This document shows positions 1 through 7,259 of a stretch of DNA of 7,259 nucleotides, piece by piece. The number at the start of each line of letters is the position of its first letter. Position 1 is the stretch's first letter. Source of the DNA: Naegleria gruberi. Its lineage: Eukaryota. The notes below the pieces were generated by a model. It was given only the letters and a program-made list of their open reading frames with translations, was not told the origin of the DNA and searched no databases. Where the stretch lies: assembly GCA_000004985.1 (NCBI GenBank), contig GG739150.1, one strand, 5' to 3'. Both the position numbers and the translations under genes were made by a program.

Positions 1-195
1 AATATTTCTCTTCATCTTGTTTTGATTTTTGGGAATTGAATTATTATTTGGAACAAACTTGAATTTATCCCAGTCAATTTTAATTGTAGAGGAAGGCTTG
101 TTCTCTCTCTTCGTATTTTCTTCCAATAATTTGAAAACATTAGGATCATCATGTTTGTATACTTCCACAATCAAATTGTTTGGATGTCGAACATC
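1..195 (-). CDS. Exon 2 of the same unknown gene, partial because it runs off the window start. Translation: DVRHPNNLIVEVYKHDDPNVFKLLEENTKRENKPSSTIKIDWDKFKFVPNNNSIPKNQNKMKRNI...
   Basis: On the minus strand, 195 nt (65 codons) are open in exactly one frame, with no stop through position 1. The other two minus frames hit stops within about 30 nt. All three plus-strand frames over 1..200 contain early stops. I do not recognise a domain family from the translation. Confidence 0.45.
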
Positions 196-234
196 CTTTT
201 GAAAAGTTAATTAATTGATTTAAATACAACCTAC
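196..234 (-). other. Candidate 39-nt spliceosomal intron (minus strand: GTAGGTTGTATTTAAATCAATTAATTAACTTTTCAAAAG)
   Basis: The 5' end reads GTAGGT (plus 234..229, reverse-complemented). The 3' end reads AAAAG, with the AG at plus 197..196. A TTAAC branch-point-like motif sits about 14 nt upstream of that AG. Removing the intron keeps phase 0 and joins two open frames that are otherwise separated by in-frame stops. Confidence 0.4.
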
Positions 235-420
235 ATTGGATTTATCTGTTTTGGTGACATCTTCATCATGGGATGATTCAATTTTTGGACTATCATCTTG
301 CTGATTATTATCTTTCTTCTTTGGAATCAATAGACTTGTTCCTTGCCCTACCTTCTTGATGGTGGGAAAAGTAACTTGTTTGAATGGAAAAACTGGTGAA
401 GTGACTTCTGGTTGAGACAT
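235..420 (-). CDS. Exon 1 of an unknown protein-coding gene. The start codon is at 420-418. Translation: MSQPEVTSPVFPFKQVTFPTIKKVGQGTSLLIPKKKDNNQQDDSPKIESSHDEDVTKTDKSN, followed by a splice donor.
   Basis: The ORF-track entry 220..420(-) begins with ATG in an A-rich context (cttaaaaaatATG on the minus strand). The frame is open for 62 codons up to a GTAGGT hexamer that starts at minus-strand position 234. Without splicing the frame ends 5 codons later at a TAA (222..220). Splicing joins it in phase 0 to a 65-codon open frame downstream. Confidence 0.5.
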
Positions 421-717
421 ATTTTTTAAGGCTATTTTGGGGAGGATTGACTGATTCTTTCCTTAGTATGATCATAGTTTCATTCTTTAATCATGAACCT
501 AATGGAGCCAACTAATATTCCTTACTCAATTAACAACAAATAATGAATAAAAAATAACCACAAGCCCTGTTTCTCTGGATAACACTCACTGCGGTTGACC
601 TTCATGTTGGTTTGGAACACCAATTGCTTAAGGCAGCACCTCACTTTACAGTAGATGCATACTACACTAGACTAGAGAAATGTTATAACTAGTGGAAGTG
701 ATTTAAAAAATTTATCA
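421..717. promoter_or_regulatory. A 297-bp intergenic region between two divergently oriented start codons (minus gene ATG at 420-418, plus gene ATG at 718-720). It is a candidate bidirectional promoter.
   Basis: No ORF longer than about 17 codons on either strand. The region is AT-rich, with a GC-richer core around 575-650 (ctgcggttgaccttcatgttggtttggaacaccaattgcttaaggcagcacctcac). A TTATAAC element lies about 30 nt upstream of the plus ATG. There are short palindromes ATGATCAT (469-476) and TCATGA (491-496). Confidence 0.3.
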
Positions 718-846
718 ATGACAGCTCAATCACTTTTAGATATTGATGCATTGATTAAAGATGCAGATAGTGATGATGAAGGTACAAATTTTGATATGAT
801 GAATATATCAGATGATGAAGATGATAAAAAGAAGAAATCATCCAAA
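718..846 (+). CDS. N-terminal fragment of an unknown acidic protein (MTAQSLLDIDALIKDADSDDEGTNFDMMNISDDEDDKKKKSSK...). It is truncated by the N-run at 847.
   Basis: ATG at 718 opens 43 codons that run straight into the Ns. The antisense frame here translates as repetitive H/L/Y, consistent with the plus strand being the coding one. The ORF-track continuation to 6183 through the Ns is an artefact. Confidence 0.4.
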
Positions 847-3800
847 NNNNNNNNNNNNNNNNNNNNNNNNNNNNNNNNNNNNNNNNNNNNNNNNNNNNNN
901 NNNNNNNNNNNNNNNNNNNNNNNNNNNNNNNNNNNNNNNNNNNNNNNNNNNNNNNNNNNNNNNNNNNNNNNNNNNNNNNNNNNNNNNNNNNNNNNNNNNN
1001 NNNNNNNNNNNNNNNNNNNNNNNNNNNNNNNNNNNNNNNNNNNNNNNNNNNNNNNNNNNNNNNNNNNNNNNNNNNNNNNNNNNNNNNNNNNNNNNNNNNN
1101 NNNNNNNNNNNNNNNNNNNNNNNNNNNNNNNNNNNNNNNNNNNNNNNNNNNNNNNNNNNNNNNNNNNNNNNNNNNNNNNNNNNNNNNNNNNNNNNNNNNN
1201 NNNNNNNNNNNNNNNNNNNNNNNNNNNNNNNNNNNNNNNNNNNNNNNNNNNNNNNNNNNNNNNNNNNNNNNNNNNNNNNNNNNNNNNNNNNNNNNNNNNN
1301 NNNNNNNNNNNNNNNNNNNNNNNNNNNNNNNNNNNNNNNNNNNNNNNNNNNNNNNNNNNNNNNNNNNNNNNNNNNNNNNNNNNNNNNNNNNNNNNNNNNN
1401 NNNNNNNNNNNNNNNNNNNNNNNNNNNNNNNNNNNNNNNNNNNNNNNNNNNNNNNNNNNNNNNNNNNNNNNNNNNNNNNNNNNNNNNNNNNNNNNNNNNN
1501 NNNNNNNNNNNNNNNNNNNNNNNNNNNNNNNNNNNNNNNNNNNNNNNNNNNNNNNNNNNNNNNNNNNNNNNNNNNNNNNNNNNNNNNNNNNNNNNNNNNN
1601 NNNNNNNNNNNNNNNNNNNNNNNNNNNNNNNNNNNNNNNNNNNNNNNNNNNNNNNNNNNNNNNNNNNNNNNNNNNNNNNNNNNNNNNNNNNNNNNNNNNN
1701 NNNNNNNNNNNNNNNNNNNNNNNNNNNNNNNNNNNNNNNNNNNNNNNNNNNNNNNNNNNNNNNNNNNNNNNNNNNNNNNNNNNNNNNNNNNNNNNNNNNN
1801 NNNNNNNNNNNNNNNNNNNNNNNNNNNNNNNNNNNNNNNNNNNNNNNNNNNNNNNNNNNNNNNNNNNNNNNNNNNNNNNNNNNNNNNNNNNNNNNNNNNN
1901 NNNNNNNNNNNNNNNNNNNNNNNNNNNNNNNNNNNNNNNNNNNNNNNNNNNNNNNNNNNNNNNNNNNNNNNNNNNNNNNNNNNNNNNNNNNNNNNNNNNN
2001 NNNNNNNNNNNNNNNNNNNNNNNNNNNNNNNNNNNNNNNNNNNNNNNNNNNNNNNNNNNNNNNNNNNNNNNNNNNNNNNNNNNNNNNNNNNNNNNNNNNN
2101 NNNNNNNNNNNNNNNNNNNNNNNNNNNNNNNNNNNNNNNNNNNNNNNNNNNNNNNNNNNNNNNNNNNNNNNNNNNNNNNNNNNNNNNNNNNNNNNNNNNN
2201 NNNNNNNNNNNNNNNNNNNNNNNNNNNNNNNNNNNNNNNNNNNNNNNNNNNNNNNNNNNNNNNNNNNNNNNNNNNNNNNNNNNNNNNNNNNNNNNNNNNN
2301 NNNNNNNNNNNNNNNNNNNNNNNNNNNNNNNNNNNNNNNNNNNNNNNNNNNNNNNNNNNNNNNNNNNNNNNNNNNNNNNNNNNNNNNNNNNNNNNNNNNN
2401 NNNNNNNNNNNNNNNNNNNNNNNNNNNNNNNNNNNNNNNNNNNNNNNNNNNNNNNNNNNNNNNNNNNNNNNNNNNNNNNNNNNNNNNNNNNNNNNNNNNN
2501 NNNNNNNNNNNNNNNNNNNNNNNNNNNNNNNNNNNNNNNNNNNNNNNNNNNNNNNNNNNNNNNNNNNNNNNNNNNNNNNNNNNNNNNNNNNNNNNNNNNN
2601 NNNNNNNNNNNNNNNNNNNNNNNNNNNNNNNNNNNNNNNNNNNNNNNNNNNNNNNNNNNNNNNNNNNNNNNNNNNNNNNNNNNNNNNNNNNNNNNNNNNN
2701 NNNNNNNNNNNNNNNNNNNNNNNNNNNNNNNNNNNNNNNNNNNNNNNNNNNNNNNNNNNNNNNNNNNNNNNNNNNNNNNNNNNNNNNNNNNNNNNNNNNN
2801 NNNNNNNNNNNNNNNNNNNNNNNNNNNNNNNNNNNNNNNNNNNNNNNNNNNNNNNNNNNNNNNNNNNNNNNNNNNNNNNNNNNNNNNNNNNNNNNNNNNN
2901 NNNNNNNNNNNNNNNNNNNNNNNNNNNNNNNNNNNNNNNNNNNNNNNNNNNNNNNNNNNNNNNNNNNNNNNNNNNNNNNNNNNNNNNNNNNNNNNNNNNN
3001 NNNNNNNNNNNNNNNNNNNNNNNNNNNNNNNNNNNNNNNNNNNNNNNNNNNNNNNNNNNNNNNNNNNNNNNNNNNNNNNNNNNNNNNNNNNNNNNNNNNN
3101 NNNNNNNNNNNNNNNNNNNNNNNNNNNNNNNNNNNNNNNNNNNNNNNNNNNNNNNNNNNNNNNNNNNNNNNNNNNNNNNNNNNNNNNNNNNNNNNNNNNN
3201 NNNNNNNNNNNNNNNNNNNNNNNNNNNNNNNNNNNNNNNNNNNNNNNNNNNNNNNNNNNNNNNNNNNNNNNNNNNNNNNNNNNNNNNNNNNNNNNNNNNN
3301 NNNNNNNNNNNNNNNNNNNNNNNNNNNNNNNNNNNNNNNNNNNNNNNNNNNNNNNNNNNNNNNNNNNNNNNNNNNNNNNNNNNNNNNNNNNNNNNNNNNN
3401 NNNNNNNNNNNNNNNNNNNNNNNNNNNNNNNNNNNNNNNNNNNNNNNNNNNNNNNNNNNNNNNNNNNNNNNNNNNNNNNNNNNNNNNNNNNNNNNNNNNN
3501 NNNNNNNNNNNNNNNNNNNNNNNNNNNNNNNNNNNNNNNNNNNNNNNNNNNNNNNNNNNNNNNNNNNNNNNNNNNNNNNNNNNNNNNNNNNNNNNNNNNN
3601 NNNNNNNNNNNNNNNNNNNNNNNNNNNNNNNNNNNNNNNNNNNNNNNNNNNNNNNNNNNNNNNNNNNNNNNNNNNNNNNNNNNNNNNNNNNNNNNNNNNN
3701 NNNNNNNNNNNNNNNNNNNNNNNNNNNNNNNNNNNNNNNNNNNNNNNNNNNNNNNNNNNNNNNNNNNNNNNNNNNNNNNNNNNNNNNNNNNNNNNNNNNN

Positions 3801-6099
3801 NNNNNNNNNNNNNNNNNNNNNNNNNNNNNNNNNNNNNNNNNNNNNNNNNNNNNNNNNNNNNNNNNNNNNNNNNNNNNNNNNNNNNNNNNNNNNNNNNNNN
3901 NNNNNNNNNNNNNNNNNNNNNNNNNNNNNNNNNNNNNNNNNNNNNNNNNNNNNNNNNNNNNNNNNNNNNNNNNNNNNNNNNNNNNNNNNNNNNNNNNNNN
4001 NNNNNNNNNNNNNNNNNNNNNNNNNNNNNNNNNNNNNNNNNNNNNNNNNNNNNNNNNNNNNNNNNNNNNNNNNNNNNNNNNNNNNNNNNNNNNNNNNNNN
4101 NNNNNNNNNNNNNNNNNNNNNNNNNNNNNNNNNNNNNNNNNNNNNNNNNNNNNNNNNNNNNNNNNNNNNNNNNNNNNNNNNNNNNNNNNNNNNNNNNNNN
4201 NNNNNNNNNNNNNNNNNNNNNNNNNNNNNNNNNNNNNNNNNNNNNNNNNNNNNNNNNNNNNNNNNNNNNNNNNNNNNNNNNNNNNNNNNNNNNNNNNNNN
4301 NNNNNNNNNNNNNNNNNNNNNNNNNNNNNNNNNNNNNNNNNNNNNNNNNNNNNNNNNNNNNNNNNNNNNNNNNNNNNNNNNNNNNNNNNNNNNNNNNNNN
4401 NNNNNNNNNNNNNNNNNNNNNNNNNNNNNNNNNNNNNNNNNNNNNNNNNNNNNNNNNNNNNNNNNNNNNNNNNNNNNNNNNNNNNNNNNNNNNNNNNNNN
4501 NNNNNNNNNNNNNNNNNNNNNNNNNNNNNNNNNNNNNNNNNNNNNNNNNNNNNNNNNNNNNNNNNNNNNNNNNNNNNNNNNNNNNNNNNNNNNNNNNNNN
4601 NNNNNNNNNNNNNNNNNNNNNNNNNNNNNNNNNNNNNNNNNNNNNNNNNNNNNNNNNNNNNNNNNNNNNNNNNNNNNNNNNNNNNNNNNNNNNNNNNNNN
4701 NNNNNNNNNNNNNNNNNNNNNNNNNNNNNNNNNNNNNNNNNNNNNNNNNNNNNNNNNNNNNNNNNNNNNNNNNNNNNNNNNNNNNNNNNNNNNNNNNNNN
4801 NNNNNNNNNNNNNNNNNNNNNNNNNNNNNNNNNNNNNNNNNNNNNNNNNNNNNNNNNNNNNNNNNNNNNNNNNNNNNNNNNNNNNNNNNNNNNNNNNNNN
4901 NNNNNNNNNNNNNNNNNNNNNNNNNNNNNNNNNNNNNNNNNNNNNNNNNNNNNNNNNNNNNNNNNNNNNNNNNNNNNNNNNNNNNNNNNNNNNNNNNNNN
5001 NNNNNNNNNNNNNNNNNNNNNNNNNNNNNNNNNNNNNNNNNNNNNNNNNNNNNNNNNNNNNNNNNNNNNNNNNNNNNNNNNNNNNNNNNNNNNNNNNNNN
5101 NNNNNNNNNNNNNNNNNNNNNNNNNNNNNNNNNNNNNNNNNNNNNNNNNNNNNNNNNNNNNNNNNNNNNNNNNNNNNNNNNNNNNNNNNNNNNNNNNNNN
5201 NNNNNNNNNNNNNNNNNNNNNNNNNNNNNNNNNNNNNNNNNNNNNNNNNNNNNNNNNNNNNNNNNNNNNNNNNNNNNNNNNNNNNNNNNNNNNNNNNNNN
5301 NNNNNNNNNNNNNNNNNNNNNNNNNNNNNNNNNNNNNNNNNNNNNNNNNNNNNNNNNNNNNNNNNNNNNNNNNNNNNNNNNNNNNNNNNNNNNNNNNNNN
5401 NNNNNNNNNNNNNNNNNNNNNNNNNNNNNNNNNNNNNNNNNNNNNNNNNNNNNNNNNNNNNNNNNNNNNNNNNNNNNNNNNNNNNNNNNNNNNNNNNNNN
5501 NNNNNNNNNNNNNNNNNNNNNNNNNNNNNNNNNNNNNNNNNNNNNNNNNNNNNNNNNNNNNNNNNNNNNNNNNNNNNNNNNNNNNNNNNNNNNNNNNNNN
5601 NNNNNNNNNNNNNNNNNNNNNNNNNNNNNNNNNNNNNNNNNNNNNNNNNNNNNNNNNNNNNNNNNNNNNNNNNNNNNNNNNNNNNNNNNNNNNNNNNNNN
5701 NNNNNNNNNNNNNNNNNNNNNNNNNNNNNNNNNNNNNNNNNNNNNNNNNNNNNNNNNNNNNNNNNNNNNNNNNNNNNNNNNNNNNNNNNNNNNNNNNNNN
5801 NNNNNNNNNNNNNNNNNNNNNNNNNNNNNNNNNNNNNNNNNNNNNNNNNNNNNNNNNNNNNNNNNNNNNNNNNNNNNNNNNNNNNNNNNNNNNNNNNNNN
5901 NNNNNNNNNNNNNNNNNNNNNNNNNNNNNNNNNNNNNNNNNNNNNNNNNNNNNNNNNNNNNNNNNNNNNNNNNNNNNNNNNNNNNNNNNNNNNNNNNNNN
6001 NNNNNNNNNNNNNNNNNNNNNNNNNNNNNNNNNNNNNNNNNNNNNNNNNNNNNNNNNNNNNNNNNNNNNNNNNNNNNNNNNNNNNNNNNNNNNNNNNNN
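847..6099. other. Run of 5,253 N. This is an assembly gap or hard-masked segment with no sequence information.
   Basis: Directly visible: an uninterrupted run of n from 847 to 6099. The length is not round, which is more typical of masked real sequence or a size-estimated gap than of a fixed-size placeholder. Confidence 1.
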
Positions 6100-6805
6100 T
6101 GGTCAATACTTTCACTATCTCACCAAATGGATGTTTGCCCTCAACAGAACGTCACTAATCACTCGAGATGTGAAATACAATGAATGGGCAATTGAAATGG
6201 CTCAATCCATGCATAACAAGTTTATCAATCATAGTTCTTCACGTGGATTGAGGATGTTCTGGAAGATTTCCATTGATGGCTCGAGACCAGTTGTGAGATC
6301 TGAAGGAAATTTGGATCCGTATGATGGTTATGTTACTTATAGACTTTTACAATTGGTCAACCAGCAATTAAAAGAAGGAAAGAATGTGGATGGAAGTGTT
6401 TTGAATAGAGAAATTGAAGAAATGAAGGGAATGGTGATGGGAAAGTATTTAATGTATCAGAGTTCGGATCCTCTGGATTTGGGAGAAACTCTTTGGTTGA
6501 CCAGTTGGTTTCCTGATGAAGATTGGGCGAATCATATGAGAAAAGTTGCCATTTCTAATATTGAAGAGATATTCGAAAGCACGATTAAGAGTACTAGAAG
6601 AAGATTAGGTTTCAGAGACTTTGGTGTTTCGATTGGATTGCAAACTATTCCAGAAAATGAAAAAGATGGAGAAACTAGACGAATTGTTGAGAATATTCAC
6701 TCTCTATGGAAAGATCATCTATTCGAAAGAGATCATGACATAACTCCGGTCATGTACTGTTCATCTCTTTTACCTGGCGTCTTCAATCCCAACTTTCTAT
6801 ATTAG
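6100..6805 (+). CDS. C-terminal fragment (234 aa plus stop) of an unidentified protein: GQYFHYLTKWMFALNRTSLITRDVKYNEWAIEMAQSMHNKF...LGFRDFGVSIGLQ...PGVFNPNFLY*. The codon frame starts at 6101 and the stop TAG is at 6803-6805.
   Basis: One frame is open across the entire readable 705 nt and ends at TAG. The other two plus frames stop early; the frame of the 718 ORF ends at 6183. Two AATAAA signals follow within 45 nt of the stop. The protein is Trp/Tyr/Phe-rich and probably helical. I cannot assign a family from memory. Confidence 0.6.
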
Positions 6806-6811
6806 ATAATT

Positions 6812-6817
6812 AATAAA
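6812..6817 (+). terminator. AATAAA polyadenylation signal, the first of two, for the gene ending at 6805
   Basis: Exact AATAAA hexamer 7 nt downstream of the TAG stop, in a strongly AT-rich 3' flank. Confidence 0.4.
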
Positions 6818-6842
6818 TTTTTAAACAACCATCAATTATTGT

Positions 6843-6848
6843 AATAAA
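6843..6848 (+). terminator. Second AATAAA polyadenylation signal
   Basis: Exact AATAAA hexamer 38 nt downstream of the stop. It is followed by a palindrome and then a T-rich tract at 6890-6901. Confidence 0.4.
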
Positions 6849-6866
6849 TTTAAACAATTGTTTAAA
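6849..6866. repeat. 18-bp perfect palindrome TTTAAACAATTGTTTAAA in the 3' flank or UTR
   Basis: The sequence is its own reverse complement and is centred on CAATTG. The octamer TTTAAACA occurs three times in 6818-6868. Confidence 0.8.
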
Positions 6867-6911
6867 CATGAACATTTTATTTGTCAAACTTTTCCTTTTT
6901 TGGGTCTGCTG

Positions 6912-6949
6912 TTCAGTGATGGAACTGAACTACAAAAATCTTCACTGAA
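6912..6949. repeat. Inverted repeat TTCAGTGA ... TCACTGAA, an 8-bp stem with a 22-nt spacer, upstream of the P-loop gene
   Basis: 6912-6919 is TTCAGTGA and 6942-6949 is TCACTGAA, its exact reverse complement. This could form a hairpin. Chance occurrence in AT-rich DNA is not negligible. Confidence 0.6.
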
Positions 6950-7024
6950 AAAACTTAAAAATTTCATCTCTCTCACTACACATCAACAACAGCACTAACC
7001 GCCTAACAAAATGCAATAAAAAAA

Positions 7025-7184
7025 ATGAAACAACTCACAAAACTCTTGAAATTCTTTCCAAGTTCAGAAAGTGAAGTTTTTTCAATGGTGGAGGAACCTG
7101 AAGTGAAATCACCACTTGTTGAGAATGTGATTGCTGAAACGGATTGTATTTTGGCATTGATAGGGACTGGTGGGTGTGGAAAGA
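7025..7184 (+). CDS. Exon 1 of a P-loop NTPase gene: MKQLTKLLKFFPSSESEVFSMVEEPEVKSPLVENVIAETDCILALIGTGGCGK, ending in phase 1 inside the Walker A motif
   Basis: The ATG is in the context aaaaaaaATGaaa. An upstream ATG at 7011 is followed immediately by TAA. Translation gives ILALIGTGGCGK, which fits Walker A (GxxxxGK[ST]). A GTAGGT hexamer begins at 7185. Confidence 0.5.
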
Positions 7185-7232
7185 GTAGGTTGTTGAATTA
7201 TTGACACATTTGGTGAACTTGATTTTTGACAG
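7185..7232 (+). other. Candidate 48-nt intron (GTAGGTTGTTGAATTATTGACACATTTGGTGAACTTGATTTTTGACAG)
   Basis: The donor GTAGGT is the same hexamer as the minus-strand intron donor. The 3' end is T-rich and ends in ...GACAG. TTGACA and TGAAC branch-like motifs lie inside. Unspliced read-through hits TGA at 7202-7204 after only 6 more codons. Splicing restores an open frame (GK|T SILKRAGI...). Confidence 0.45.
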
Positions 7233-7259
7233 CTTCGATATTGAAGAGAGCTGGGATTG
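7233..7259 (+). CDS. Exon 2 of the P-loop NTPase gene, partial because it runs off the window end (...(T)SILKRAGI...)
   Basis: In phase 1 after the intron, the codon a|ct gives Thr, which completes GTGGCGKT. The frame then reads SILKRAGI open to the window end. Confidence 0.4.

Noticed and set aside
540-720. Possible tRNA, spliced-leader RNA or other small RNA gene in the intergenic region
   Set aside because: No GGTTCGAnnCC-type B box and no acceptor-stem complementarity. No resemblance to the nematode SL1 22-mer (GGTTTAATTACCCAAGTTTGAG). Only short ORFs are present (17 codons or fewer).
781-790. GAAGGTACAAAT as a splice donor inside the 718 N-terminal exon
   Set aside because: GTACAA is a poor donor. 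The frame stays open beyond it to the Ns. There is no way to test it because the downstream acceptor would lie in the masked region.
812-846. Start MMKMIKRRNHP of the 812..6805 ORF
   Set aside because: This frame overlaps the better 718 ORF in a different frame. It is connected to the genuine C-terminal exon at 6100-6805 only by Ns. Only the 6100-6805 part is credible coding sequence.
755-6115. 1,786-aa minus-strand ORF in the track
   Set aside because: It is open only through the N-run. Its two real ends are a 5-codon stub at 6101-6115 and an H/L/Y-repetitive antisense read of the GAT/GAA-rich plus-strand coding sequence at 755-846.
6100-6183. Tail of the 718..6183 ORF (WSILSLSHQMDVCPQQNVTNHSRCEIQ)
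   Set aside because: It is an out-of-frame reading of the C-terminal exon. The frame beginning at 6101 is open for 234 codons to a real stop, whereas this one stops after 27.
7184-7204. Unspliced reading GKSRLLNY* as the true end of a 59-aa P-loop micro-protein
   Set aside because: A Walker A motif with no downstream NTPase core is not a plausible functional product. The flanking GTAGGT...GACAG, 48 nt apart, restores the frame. It is kept only as a possible intron-retention isoform.
1-7259. Prokaryotic defence island, CRISPR array or mobile element in the readable portion
   Set aside because: The readable sequence is eukaryotic in character (introns, AATAAA, A-rich Kozak contexts). It contains no direct-repeat/spacer periodicity, no terminal inverted repeats flanking an ORF, and no transposase-like or integrase-like translation. 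Whether the masked 5.25 kb is a transposon cannot be judged.

Overview
Only about 2 kb of this 7,259-nt window is readable. Positions 847-6099 are a single run of 5,253 N, so nothing inside it can be assessed. The three long ORFs in the supplied track (718..6183, 755..6115, 812..6805) are open only because N translates to X, and they are artefacts.

The readable flanks are AT-rich (roughly one-third GC). They look eukaryotic: A-rich start contexts (aaaaATG), AATAAA signals after a stop codon, and two candidate introns of about 40-50 nt whose splicing restores long open frames. This suggests a compact, short-intron genome, possibly a nematode or similar invertebrate. That assignment is inference.

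Four coding pieces are supported:
1. A minus-strand gene starting at the ATG at 420-418. Its exon 1 is 420..235, a 39-nt intron runs 234..196 (GTAGGT...AAAAG), and exon 2 is 195..1, running off the window. The product is an unknown K/D/N-rich protein.
2. A plus-strand N-terminal fragment at 718..846, acidic (MTAQSLLDIDALIKDADSDDEG...), cut off by the N-run.
3. A plus-strand C-terminal fragment at 6100..6805, 234 aa and aromatic-rich, ending at TAG 6803-6805. I cannot assign it to a family. It is in a different frame from fragment 2, so the two are not one contiguous exon.
4. A plus-strand gene from the ATG at 7025. Exon 1 is 7025..7184, a 48-nt intron runs 7185..7232 (GTAGGT...GACAG), and exon 2 starts at 7233. 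It encodes an N-terminal Walker A / P-loop motif (LIGTGGCGK|T, split by the intron).

Plus-strand noncoding features:
- A 297-bp divergent intergenic region at 421..717.
- Two AATAAA signals and an 18-bp perfect palindrome in the 3' flank of gene 3.
- A small inverted repeat upstream of gene 4.

I see no prokaryotic defence-system hallmarks in the readable sequence. If anything remarkable sits in this window, it lies under the N-run and cannot be evaluated here.
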